From NCBI GenBank assembly GCA_963810035.1, contig CAWEMA010000007.1, positions 78,317 through 142,316 of the forward strand: a stretch of 64,000 bases of DNA, read 5' to 3'. A program made the translations under genes and the position numbers. The notes beneath the pieces are model-generated. The model ran no database searches. It worked only from the letters and a program-made list of their open reading frames with translations, and was not told the origin of the DNA. Below are positions 1-8,891 of this stretch, piece after piece. Position 1 is the stretch's first letter; every line of letters begins with the position of its first letter. The DNA is from an uncultured Actinomycetota bacterium. Its GTDB lineage: Bacteria; Actinomycetota; Actinomycetes; Propionibacteriales; Nocardioidaceae.

Positions 1-1
1 C

Positions 2-1075
2 CCGCGACCGGTCCACCCCGACGCCGACGTACGCCGCTGGCTGCGCGGCCGCCTCGACGCCGACGGGGCCGAGGTGTGGCTGGCCGAGCGGGACGACGTA
101 CCCGTGGCGCTGCTGCTGCTCGAGGACGACTGGGTGCACTCGCTGTACGTCGACCCGGCGCTGACCGGGCAGGGGATCGGCTCGGTGCTGCTCGACCTGG
201 CCAAGAGCCTGCGTCCCGACGGCCTGGGCCTGTGGGTGTTCGAGAGCAACACCGGGGCCCGACGGTTCTACGCCCGGCACGGCTTCGGGGTGGTACGCCG
301 CACGGACGGCTCGGACAACGAGGAGCGTGAGCCGGACCTCGAGATGGCCTGGCCGGACCCGGGCTCGCTGACGGGGATGCGCCGACGCATCGACGCCATC
401 GACGACCGGCTCGCGTCCCTGCTCGCCGAGCGGGCCCGGCTGACTGCGCGGGTCCAGCAGGTCAAGGAGGTGCCCGGGCACGCCGGCCGTGACCCGGAGC
501 GCGAGGACCAGATCGTCGCCCGGATGGCCGGGCTCGCGCCCGAGCTGGGCGAGGACCGGATCCGGCGGATCATGCACCAGGTGATCAGCGAGAGCCTCGA
601 CGCGGCCGAGCGCCCGGAACAACCCGACCTGTCCCCGCATCACCCCACGCCCACCAGGAGGCCCACCGTGCCCACCGCACCCCTGCCCGACGACGTCCGC
701 GAGCTGCTCGCCAAGCCCAACCCGGCCGTGATCACCTCGCTGCGCCCCGACGGCCAGCCCGTCTCGGTGGCCACCTGGTACCTCCTGGACGGTGACCGGA
801 TCCTGGTGAACATGGACGAGGGCCGCAAGCGGCTGGAGTACCTGCGCCGGGACCCCCGGGTCTCGCTGACCGCGCTCGACGAGTCGTCCTGGTACACCCA
901 CGTCAGTGTCCAGGGCCGGGTCGTGGAGTTCCGCGACGACCCCGAGCTGGCCGACATCGACCGGCTCTCCACGCACTACAACGGCCGCCCCTACCCGACC
1001 CGCGACCGCGCCCGGGTCAGCGGCTGGATCGAGATCGACTCCTGGCACGGCTGGGGTGCCGCGGCCCGGTCCTGA
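2..1075 (+). CDS. 5'-truncated ORF: GNAT acetyltransferase + type II chorismate mutase-like domain, read through in frame into a PPOX-class F420-binding domain
   Basis: Frame is open from the window edge (PRPVHPDADVRRWL...). GNAT motif A (LYVDPALTGQGIGSVLL; WVFESNTGARRFYARHGF). CM_2-like MRRRIDAIDDRLASLLAERARL...RDPERE. PPOX-like AVITSLRPDGQP...RKRLEYLRRDPRVSL. No stop before 1073-1075. Confidence 0.8.
   Translation, partial: PRPVHPDADVRRWLRGRLDADGAEVWLAERDDVPVALLLLEDDWVHSLYVDPALTGQGIGSVLLDLAKSLRPDGLGLWVFESNTGARRFYARHGFGVVRRTDGSDNEEREPDLEMAWPDPGSLTGMRRRIDAIDDRLASLLAERARLTARVQQVKEVPGHAGRDPEREDQIVARMAGLAPELGEDRIRRIMHQVISESLDAAERPEQPDLSPHHPTPTRRPTVPTAPLPDDVRELLAKPNPAVITSLRPDGQPVSVATWYLLDGDRILVNMDEGRKRLEYLRRDPRVSLTALDESSWYTHVSVQGRVVEFRDDPELADIDRLSTHYNGRPYPTRDRARVSGWIEIDSWHGWGAAARS
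668..1075 (+). CDS. PPOX-class F420-dependent oxidoreductase-like protein with its own in-frame GTG start
   Basis: AGGAGG at 656-661, 6 nt upstream of in-frame GTG 668. The domain length matches a stand-alone PPOX-like protein. Confidence 0.7.
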   Translation: MPTAPLPDDVRELLAKPNPAVITSLRPDGQPVSVATWYLLDGDRILVNMDEGRKRLEYLRRDPRVSLTALDESSWYTHVSVQGRVVEFRDDPELADIDRLSTHYNGRPYPTRDRARVSGWIEIDSWHGWGAAARS

Positions 1076-1116
1076 GATGTCGGTGGGTCCTGCCACCCTG
1101 GGGTGGTCGGGTCACG

Positions 1117-1211
1117 TAGGCTGGCTGCTCTTCCCCACGAAGCTCGGCCGCCGGTCACCCGCCGGTCGGTTCGTGGTGCGCCCGTGAGCACAGAAAGGGG
1201 CAGTTCTGCCC
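1117..1211 (+). promoter_or_regulatory. Candidate -10 box (TAGGCT) and structured 5' leader of dnaE
   Basis: TAGGCT at 1117-1122; CCACGAA (1135-1141) pairs with TTCGTGG (1170-1176); GGGCA-GTTC-TGCCC hairpin at 1198-1211 abuts the ATG. Confidence 0.35.
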
Positions 1212-4200
1212 ATGTCAGGCGGTAAGTCCGACTCGTTCGTCCACCTGCACGTGCACACCGAGTACTCCATGCTCGACGGTGCGGCCCGGCTCGGGGAGAT
1301 GTTCGCCCGCACCGCCGAGCTCGGCATGGACGCGATCGCGATGACCGACCACGGCAACGTGTTCGGCGCCTTCGACTTCTACTCCAAGGCCAAGGCCGCC
1401 GGGGTCAAGCCGATCATCGGCATGGAGGCCTACCTCACCCCCAACACCTCCCGGTTCGACCGCAAGCGGGTGCGCTGGAACAACGGCGGCGACGACGACG
1501 TCTCCGGCAGCGGCGCCTACACCCACATGACGCTGCTGGCCGAGACCACGCAGGGCATGCACAACCTGTTCCGGCTCTCCTCCCGGTCCTCGCTCGAGGG
1601 CTTCTTCTACAAGCCCCGCGCCGACCGGGAGCTGCTCGCCGAGTACGCCACCGGCCTGATCGGCACCACCGGCTGCCCGTCCGGGGAGATCCAGACGTGG
1701 CTGCGCATCGGCGACTACGAGAAGGCGCGGGCCGCGGCCGGCGACTTCCAGGACATCTTCGGGCGCGACAGCTTCTTCCTCGAGCTGATGGACCACGGCC
1801 TCTCCATCGAGACCCGGGTCCGCGACGGGCTGCTGCGGCTCTCGAAGGACCTCGGGATCCCACCGGTCGCCACCAACGACTCGCACTACACCAACCCCGA
1901 GGACGCCTCCGCGCACGAGCACCTGCTCTGCGTCTCCTCCGGCAGCACGATGGCCGACCCGAAGCGGTTCAAGTTCAGCGGCGACAGCTACTACATCAAG
2001 TCTCCCGCGGAGATGCGCGAGCTGTGGGGCGAGCGCAACGGTCTGCCCGAGGCGTGCGACAACACGCTGCTGATCGCCGAGCGCTGCAACGTCGAGTTCG
2101 ACGAGTCGGCCAACTTCATGCCGCGGTTCCCGGTGCCCGCGGGGGAGACCGAGGACACCTGGTTCGTCAAGGAGGTCGAGAAGGGGCTGCGCTACCGCTA
2201 CCCCGACGGCATCTCCGACGCGGTCCGCAAGCAGGCGGACTTCGAGATCGGCGTCATCACCCAGATGGGGTTCCCGGGCTACTTCCTGGTCGTCGCGGAC
2301 TTCATCAACTGGGCCAAGAACAACGGCATCCGGGTCGGTCCCGGCCGTGGCTCGGGTGCGGGCTCGATGGCGGCGTACGCCATGCGGATCACCGACCTCG
2401 ACCCGCTGCAGCACGGCCTGATCTTCGAGCGGTTCCTCAACCCCGACCGCGTCTCGATGCCCGACTTCGACATCGACTTCGACGAGCGTCGGCGCGGTGA
2501 GGTGATCCGCTACGTCAGCGACAAGTACGGCGACGACCGGGTGTCGATGATCGTCACCTACGGCACGATCAAGGCCAAGCAGGCGGTCAAGGACTCCTCG
2601 CGGATCCTGGGCTACCCGTTCGCGATGGGCGACCGGATCACCAAGGCGATGCCCGCGGCGGTGATGGGCAAGGACGTCCCGCTCAAGGAGATCTTCGACC
2701 CGCAGCACGGCCGCTACGGCGAGGGCGGCGAGTTCCGCGCGCTCTACGACGCCGACGCGGACGTGAAGAAGGTCGTGGACACCGCGATCGGCATCGAGGG
2801 GCTCAAGCGCCAGTGGGGCGTGCACGCCGCCGGCGTGATCATGTCCAGCGCGCCGCTGCAGGACGTCATCCCGGTGATGAAGCGGGAGCAGGACGGCGCG
2901 ATCATCACGCAGTTCGACTACCCGACCTGCGAGCGCCTCGGCCTGATCAAGATGGACTTCCTGGGCCTGCGCAACCTGACCATCCTCGACGACGCGCTGG
3001 TCAACATCGAGAACAACCGGCAGGAGAAGGTCGTCCTCGAGGACCTCACCCTCGACGACCCCAAGGCGTTCGCGCTGCTGGCCAGGGGCGACACCCTGGG
3101 GGTGTTCCAGCTCGACGGCGGGCCGATGCGCGCGCTGCTGCGCAGCATGCGCCCGGACACGTTCGAGGACATCTCCGCGGTCGGCGCGCTCTACCGGCCC
3201 GGGCCGATGGGTGCGGACTCGCACAACAAGTACGCCCGCCGCAAGAACGGCCGCGAGGAGGTCGTGCCGATCCACCCGGAGCTGGCCGAGCCGCTCGCGG
3301 ACATCCTGGGGGAGACCTACGGCCTGATCGTGTACCAGGAGCAGGTCATGGCCATCGCGCAGAAGCTCGCGGGCTACTCGCTGGGCCAGGCGGACCTGCT
3401 GCGCCGCGCGATGGGCAAGAAGAAGAAGGCCGAGCTGGACAAGCAGTTCGAGGCCTTCTCCGCCGGCATGCAGGAGCGCGGCTACTCGATGGCCGCGGTC
3501 CAGACGCTGTGGGACATCCTGCTGCCGTTCTCCGACTACGCCTTCAACAAGGCGCACTCCGCCGCCTACGGCCTGGTGTCCTACTGGACGGCCTTCCTCA
3601 AGGCGAACTACCCGGCCGAGTACATGGCCGCCGTCCTCACGTCCGTCAAGGACGACAAGGACAAGATGGCGATCTACCTCAACGAGTGTCGCCGGATGAA
3701 GATCCAGGTGCTGCCGCCGGACGTCAACGAGTCCGAGGCCACCTTCACCCCGGTCGGCACCGACATCCGCTTCGGCCTCTCCGCGATCCGCAACGTCGGC
3801 ATCCACGTCGTCGACGCGATCGTCGCCGCCCGGCGCGAGCAGGGCCGCTACACCGACTTCGCCGACTTCATGGACAAGGTCCCGACGCTGGTCTGCAACA
3901 AGCGGGTCGTGGAGTCGCTGATCAAGGCGGGCGCCTTCGACTCGCTGGGCCACCGGCGGCGCGCGCTGGTGACGATCCACGAGTCCGCGGTCGACCAGTA
4001 CGCCGACATCAAGCGCAACGAGGCCATCGGCCAGGACTCCCTGTTCGGCGGGCTCGACGAGGACGCCGGAGGCGGGTTCGGGGTCGCCATCGCGGTGCCG
4101 GACATCGCCGACTGGGACAAGCAGACGCTGCTCGGGCACGAGCGCGAGATGCTCGGCCTCTACGTCTCGGACCACCCGCTGATGGGGCTCGAGCACATCC

Positions 4201-4751
4201 TCTCCGCCTCGGCGGACTGCACGATCGGCCAGCTGCTGGTCGACGAGGACCGCGCGGACGGGTCCACCGTGACCGTCTCGGGACTGATCACCTCTGTGCA
4301 GCGCAAGATCACCAAGCGCGGTGACGCCTGGGCGATGGTGACCGTGGAGGACCTCGAGGGTGGCATCGACGTGCTGCTGTTCCCGAGCGCCTACCAGCTC
4401 GCGAGCACGCTGCTCAACGAGGACGCGATCGTCACCGTGAAGGGCCGGCTGTCCCGCTCCAAGGACCAGCCGGAGCTGCACGGCCAGGAGGTCAGCGTCC
4501 CCGACCTCGACGACGGCCCCTCGGGGCCGGTGGTGATCACCATGCCGTCGACCCGCTGCACGATGCCGGTGGTCGAGCAGCTCAAGGACGTCCTGGGCAC
4601 GCACCCTGGCGTCACCGAAGTACGGTTGCGACTGATGACGAAGACCTCGACGACCGTGATGAAGCTCGACGACCGCCTGCGGGTGGCCGCGAGCCCGGCC
4701 CTGTTCGCCGACCTCAAGGCGCTGCTCGGGCCGCACTGCCTGGCCGGCTGA
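1212..4751 (+). CDS. dnaE: DNA polymerase III subunit alpha
   Basis: PHP motifs FVHLHVHTEYS and TDHG, GRGSGAGS, catalytic MPDFDIDFD, FNKAHSAAY, C-terminal OB fold; 1179 aa. Confidence 0.98.
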   Translation: MSGGKSDSFVHLHVHTEYSMLDGAARLGEMFARTAELGMDAIAMTDHGNVFGAFDFYSKAKAAGVKPIIGMEAYLTPNTSRFDRKRVRWNNGGDDDVSGSGAYTHMTLLAETTQGMHNLFRLSSRSSLEGFFYKPRADRELLAEYATGLIGTTGCPSGEIQTWLRIGDYEKARAAAGDFQDIFGRDSFFLELMDHGLSIETRVRDGLLRLSKDLGIPPVATNDSHYTNPEDASAHEHLLCVSSGSTMADPKRFKFSGDSYYIKSPAEMRELWGERNGLPEACDNTLLIAERCNVEFDESANFMPRFPVPAGETEDTWFVKEVEKGLRYRYPDGISDAVRKQADFEIGVITQMGFPGYFLVVADFINWAKNNGIRVGPGRGSGAGSMAAYAMRITDLDPLQHGLIFERFLNPDRVSMPDFDIDFDERRRGEVIRYVSDKYGDDRVSMIVTYGTIKAKQAVKDSSRILGYPFAMGDRITKAMPAAVMGKDVPLKEIFDPQHGRYGEGGEFRALYDADADVKKVVDTAIGIEGLKRQWGVHAAGVIMSSAPLQDVIPVMKREQDGAIITQFDYPTCERLGLIKMDFLGLRNLTILDDALVNIENNRQEKVVLEDLTLDDPKAFALLARGDTLGVFQLDGGPMRALLRSMRPDTFEDISAVGALYRPGPMGADSHNKYARRKNGREEVVPIHPELAEPLADILGETYGLIVYQEQVMAIAQKLAGYSLGQADLLRRAMGKKKKAELDKQFEAFSAGMQERGYSMAAVQTLWDILLPFSDYAFNKAHSAAYGLVSYWTAFLKANYPAEYMAAVLTSVKDDKDKMAIYLNECRRMKIQVLPPDVNESEATFTPVGTDIRFGLSAIRNVGIHVVDAIVAARREQGRYTDFADFMDKVPTLVCNKRVVESLIKAGAFDSLGHRRRALVTIHESAVDQYADIKRNEAIGQDSLFGGLDEDAGGGFGVAIAVPDIADWDKQTLLGHEREMLGLYVSDHPLMGLEHILSASADCTIGQLLVDEDRADGSTVTVSGLITSVQRKITKRGDAWAMVTVEDLEGGIDVLLFPSAYQLASTLLNEDAIVTVKGRLSRSKDQPELHGQEVSVPDLDDGPSGPVVITMPSTRCTMPVVEQLKDVLGTHPGVTEVRLRLMTKTSTTVMKLDDRLRVAASPALFADLKALLGPHCLAG

Positions 4752-5323
4752 TGGCCGAACCAGGTCCCGGCACCGGCCCCACGTCGACCGTGTGGCAGGC
4801 CCCACCCGGCGCGGGTGAACGCCCCCGTCGGGTCGACCGGGGCGCGCTCGGTCGTGACGTCGCCACCGTGCTGGGCTGCCTGCTGGTCCTCGGGGTGCTG
4901 TGCGGCGTGGCCTGGATGCTGCTCGTCTCACCCGCCGAGTTCACCAAGCTGCGAGACGGCGGCTCGATGAGCGAGGTCCAGCTGGGTCGGCGGTTCACCG
5001 CGGACGGCATGTACGTCGTCATCGCCGGGGTCGCCGGTCTGGTCGCCGGGGTCGCGCTGAGCTGGTGGCGCTCGCGGGACCCGCTGCTCACCAGCGCCCT
5101 CCTCGTCGTCGGGTCCGCCCTCGCGGCCGGCGCGATGTCGCTGACCGGGCACCTGCTGGGACCCACCGACACCGCAGCGGCCCTCGCGGCGGCCCAGGTC
5201 GGTGCACGCGTGCCCGAGCGGCTCGGCGTCGACGTGCTCACCGTCTACCTCGCGTGGCCGGTCGCGGTCCTCGCGGGCGCGCTGCTGGTGCTCCTGGGTC
5301 GGGTCTCGGACTCGGATTCATAA
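4751..5323 (+). CDS. Hypothetical membrane protein (about 4 TM, possibly DUF2567-like), coupled to dnaE
   Basis: TGATG overlap with the dnaE stop; four hydrophobic stretches. Confidence 0.7.
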   Translation: MAEPGPGTGPTSTVWQAPPGAGERPRRVDRGALGRDVATVLGCLLVLGVLCGVAWMLLVSPAEFTKLRDGGSMSEVQLGRRFTADGMYVVIAGVAGLVAGVALSWWRSRDPLLTSALLVVGSALAAGAMSLTGHLLGPTDTAAALAAAQVGARVPERLGVDVLTVYLAWPVAVLAGALLVLLGRVSDSDS

Positions 5324-5432
5324 CACGTCGGCGCAGGCGTCCCGTGACCCCTCCGTCGACCGGGTCCTGAGGCTAGGCTGATCGCTGGCATCTGTCCTGC
5401 CCGAGACCGGGCACGAACCAGGGGGAAGCACC

Positions 5433-7055
5433 ATGTCCACGAACGTCCCAGGCTCGTCCGAGCCCGAGTTCCTCGGCCCGGACAGCCCGGCTCCGGGCAC
5501 CACCGAGCCGCCACGCGGCGGCACCGGCAAGCGCACCGGCATCGTCGCCCTGGCTGCGGTGGCCGTCGTCGCGGCCGTCGGCGCCGGCGCGTACGGCGTC
5601 GTCCAGCTGATGTCGGGCGGCAGCTCCCCGGCGACCGCGGTGCCCGCCGACGCGCTCGGCTACGTCAGCCTCGACCTCGACCCGTCCGCCTCGCAGAAGA
5701 TCGAGGCGGTCAAGATCCTGCGCAAGTTCCCGGGCCTGAAGCAGGAGCTGAACATCGGCAGCCGGGACGACCTGCGCAAGTCCGTCTTCGACGAGATCGT
5801 CAAGAGCGGCGACTGCAAGGGCCTCGACTTCGCGAAGGACGTCGAGCCCTGGATCGGCGACCGGGTGGCCGTGGCCGCCGTACCGGACCCCGAAGAGGTG
5901 GCACTGCCCCTCGTCGTCCTCCAGGTCAGCGACCAGGACAAGGCGCGCGCCGGCGTCCGCAAGCTCGAGAAGTGCGGCGCCGCCGAGGACCAGGAGCCGG
6001 ACCGGACCGGCGTCGCGTTCGTGGGCGACTACCTGCTGCTCGCGGAGACGCAGAAGGAGGCGGACAGCATGGCCAAGGACGCCGAGGCGTCCACGCTCGC
6101 CGACGACAAGGCGTTCACCTCCGCGATGGAGCGCGCCGGGGACCCCGGCATCATCTCGATGTACGCCTCCAAGGACGCCCCCGACGCGATCGGCAAGGCC
6201 CAGTCGAAGGGGCAGGCCGGGATGCCCGGCATGTCCGGTTCCGAGCTCGACCAGCTCAACACGATGTTCAAGGACTTCGACGGGGCGGCCGGCGTGGTGC
6301 GCTTCTCCGACGGCGCGGTCGAGGCCGAGTTCACCGGAAAGGGTCTGCCGTCCAACATCGGTGCGGTGGCCGGTGACGGCGGGCCCGACGTGGCGACGCT
6401 TCCGGGCACCACGGCCGCGGCGTTCTCGGTCGCGTTCCGCGACGGCTGGCTCAAGGACTACCTCGACACCATGAACGAGGTGCTCGGTGGCGGCCAGTCG
6501 CTCGACGAGATGCTCGGCCAGGCCGAGCAGCAGACCGGACTGCAGCTTCCGGAGGATCTCGAGACGCTGCTCGGCGACGGGATCAGCGTCTCGGTCGACG
6601 CGGGGGCCGACCTCAAGAAGCTGACGGAGTCGCCGGACCCGACACAGGTCCCGGCCGGCATCCGGATCAAGGGTGACTCGGCCAAGATCACCGCGATCAT
6701 CGACAAGCTGAAGAAGGCCGCGGGACCCGACGGCGACATGGTCAAGGTCGCCGGCGGTGACGGCGTCGTCGCCGTCGGCCTCGACCCGGAGTACGTCGAC
6801 CAGCTCACGAAGAAGGGCGCGCTCGGCGACGTCGAGGCCTTCTCCGACGTGGTCCCCGAGGCGGACCGCGCGACCAGCGTGCTCTACGTCAACTTCGACG
6901 CCGGCGACGGCTGGGCCGAGAACCTCGCCGACCTGGTCTCCAGCGGTGACGCCGAGGTCAAGCAGAACATCGCACCGCTCGACGCGCTCGGGGTCAGCGC
7001 CTGGGAGGACGACGACCACGTGCAGCACGCCCTGCTCCGGCTGACCACGGACTGA
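5433..7055 (+). CDS. Membrane-anchored DUF3352-like exported protein
   Basis: One N-terminal TM, then PADALGYVSLDLDPSASQKIEA...DVEPWIGDRVAVA; RBS GGGGAAG; TAGGCT at 5374-5379. Confidence 0.75.
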   Translation: MSTNVPGSSEPEFLGPDSPAPGTTEPPRGGTGKRTGIVALAAVAVVAAVGAGAYGVVQLMSGGSSPATAVPADALGYVSLDLDPSASQKIEAVKILRKFPGLKQELNIGSRDDLRKSVFDEIVKSGDCKGLDFAKDVEPWIGDRVAVAAVPDPEEVALPLVVLQVSDQDKARAGVRKLEKCGAAEDQEPDRTGVAFVGDYLLLAETQKEADSMAKDAEASTLADDKAFTSAMERAGDPGIISMYASKDAPDAIGKAQSKGQAGMPGMSGSELDQLNTMFKDFDGAAGVVRFSDGAVEAEFTGKGLPSNIGAVAGDGGPDVATLPGTTAAAFSVAFRDGWLKDYLDTMNEVLGGGQSLDEMLGQAEQQTGLQLPEDLETLLGDGISVSVDAGADLKKLTESPDPTQVPAGIRIKGDSAKITAIIDKLKKAAGPDGDMVKVAGGDGVVAVGLDPEYVDQLTKKGALGDVEAFSDVVPEADRATSVLYVNFDAGDGWAENLADLVSSGDAEVKQNIAPLDALGVSAWEDDDHVQHALLRLTTD

Positions 7056-7096
7056 TCACCTGCGCCACCGGCCCCTCACACCACCCGCGCGGGTAG

Positions 7097-7170
7097 TTGT
7101 GGGGGGCCGGACGCAGCGATACGCTCCGCGTGGTATTGCGTATCGCGAAATGAGTTGCTCCATGCGCAAC
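7097..7170 (+). promoter_or_regulatory. metF promoter (TTGTGG-N17-TACGCT) and tandem operator pair
   Basis: -35 at 7097-7102, -10 at 7120-7125; palindromes ATTGCGTATCGCGAAAT (7135-7151) and GTTGCTCCATGCGCAAC (7154-7170). Confidence 0.7.
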
Positions 7171-8016
7171 AAGTCCCACGGCGCCTTCCTGGCCGACATG
7201 CTCTCGTCGGCCCGCTTCGAGGTGCTGCCCACCGGGAGCATCGAGGACAAGGTTCTCGAGCACCTCCCGCTGGAGCGCACGCTCACGGTGACCGCGTCCC
7301 CGACGAAGGGGATCGAGGCCACCCTGGACCTGACCGAGCGGCTCGCCCGCCACGGGTACGCCGTGGTGCCGCACCTCGCCGCACGGTTGGTCAGCGGTCG
7401 CACCGAGCTGTCCGAGATCTGCACGCGCATGCAGGCGGCCGGCGTCCGCACGGTGTTCGTGCCCGGGGGCGACGCCGACCCGCCGGTGGGGGACTACCAC
7501 AGCGCCCTCGACCTGCTCCAGGACCTGACCGCCCTGGGCCGGCCGTTCCCGGAGGTGGGGATCACCGGCTACCCGGAGTCGCACCCCACCATCAGCGACG
7601 ACCTCACGGTGCAGTCGATGTGGGACAAGCGCCGGCACGCGACGCACGTGGTCAGCAACCTGAACTTCGACCCCGAGGCGGTGCGCTCGTGGATCGACCG
7701 GATGCGCAGCCGCGGGATCACGCTGCCGGTGCTGCTGGGCATCCCCGGCCCCATCGACCGCGCGAAGCTGCTGGCGATGGCGACCAAGATCGGGGTCGGT
7801 GACTCGACCCGGTTCCTGGTCAAGCACAAGGGCACCTTCGCGCGGCTGGCCGCGCCGGGCGGGTTCACCGGCGAGCGGTTCCTGGAGCGGTGCGCCCCGG
7901 TGCTGGCCCGACCCGGGGCCCTGGTCACCGGGCTGCACGTCTACACGTTCAACCAGGTCGCCGAGACCGAGGCCTGGCGGCGGGAGTACCTCGACCGGCT
8001 GATGGCCGTGCGCTGA
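7162..8016 (+). CDS. metF: Methylenetetrahydrofolate reductase (short MTHFR family)
   Basis: RFEVLP, VTASP, VVPHLAAR, VFVPGGD, GITGYPESHP, GLHVYTFNQ. Start is ambiguous (7150, 7162 or 7198). Confidence 0.85.
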   Translation: MRNKSHGAFLADMLSSARFEVLPTGSIEDKVLEHLPLERTLTVTASPTKGIEATLDLTERLARHGYAVVPHLAARLVSGRTELSEICTRMQAAGVRTVFVPGGDADPPVGDYHSALDLLQDLTALGRPFPEVGITGYPESHPTISDDLTVQSMWDKRRHATHVVSNLNFDPEAVRSWIDRMRSRGITLPVLLGIPGPIDRAKLLAMATKIGVGDSTRFLVKHKGTFARLAAPGGFTGERFLERCAPVLARPGALVTGLHVYTFNQVAETEAWRREYLDRLMAVR

Positions 8017-8030
8017 GCGGGCCGTCGCGG

Positions 8031-8057
8031 TCAGCGCGGCAGCAGGTCGGCGAGCGC
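8031..8057 (-). other. Orphaned copy of the DUF1638 gene 3' end (encodes ALADLLPR-stop)
   Basis: Reverse complement reads gcg ctc gcc gac ctg ctg ccg cgc tga; 8041-8057 matches 8901-8917 at 16 of 17 nt. Confidence 0.7.
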
Positions 8058-8096
8058 TCACCTGCCGACACCATCGATGAAGAGACAGGGGAGAAC

Positions 8097-8891
8097 ATGG
8101 GGGAGCCCGTGCAGTTGCAGGACCTGACCGGCAGGGTCGCGTTGGTGACCGGTGGCACGAGCGGGATCGGGCTGGCCACCGCCGGCGCCTTCGCCGAGCG
8201 CGGCGCCGACGTGGTGATCTGCGGTCGCAGCGAGACGCGTGGGCAGCAGGCGTTGAAGGAGCTCTGCGAGCCTGCGAACGTCAGCTTCGTCGCCGCCGAC
8301 GTCACCGACGAGCACGACGTGGTCGACCTCGTCCGGGAGGTGGTGGCCCGGCACGGCAGGCTCGACTTCGCCTTCAACAACGCGGCGAACGCCGAGGCAC
8401 TGACCAGCTCCGGTGCCTTCACCGACATGAGTCTCGAGGAGTTCGAAGGCATCGTCCGGACGCTGATGACGAGTGCGTGGCTGTGCATGCGCCACGAGGT
8501 GCCGGCGATGCTCGAGACCGGCGGAGGCGCCATCGTGAACACGTCCTCGGTCGACGCCAAGCTGCTCAGCGCAGGCACCGGCAGCTATGCCGCCAGCAAG
8601 CTCGGGCTCGAGGCGCTCACGGTCACGCTCGCCAAGGAGTTCGCCTCCCGCGGCATCCGGGTCAACGCGGTGCGTCCCGGCGCGATCCTCACTCCGATGC
8701 TCGAGCGCCACCTCGCCGCACCGACGGCGGAGGGACGGAAGGCCAACGTGGAGCGGTACGAGCAGGTGATCTCGATGCGCCGGCTCGGCCACCCGAGCGA
8801 GGTGGCCGCTGCGGTGACGTGGCTCTGCTCGGATGCCGCGTCCTACGTGACGGGTCAGGTGCTGACGGTGGACGGCGCGTTGGGGATGTAG
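8097..8891 (+). CDS. Classical short-chain dehydrogenase/reductase (FabG-like)
   Basis: TGGTSGIG, NNAA, YAASK, RVNAVRPG, GQVLTVDG; RBS GGGGAG. Confidence 0.9.
   Translation: MGEPVQLQDLTGRVALVTGGTSGIGLATAGAFAERGADVVICGRSETRGQQALKELCEPANVSFVAADVTDEHDVVDLVREVVARHGRLDFAFNNAANAEALTSSGAFTDMSLEEFEGIVRTLMTSAWLCMRHEVPAMLETGGGAIVNTSSVDAKLLSAGTGSYAASKLGLEALTVTLAKEFASRGIRVNAVRPGAILTPMLERHLAAPTAEGRKANVERYEQVISMRRLGHPSEVAAAVTWLCSDAASYVTGQVLTVDGALGM

Noticed and set aside
1212-4751. Intein in DnaE
   Set aside because: Length is normal (1179 aa) and the motifs are contiguous, with no splicing or homing-endonuclease block.
1215-4931. 1238-aa antisense ORF over dnaE
   Set aside because: Shadow ORF typical of high-GC codon bias; no motifs; fully overlaps a confident gene.
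7056-7161. SAM riboswitch upstream of metF
   Set aside because: The predicted leader is about 30 nt and is filled by the operator pair.
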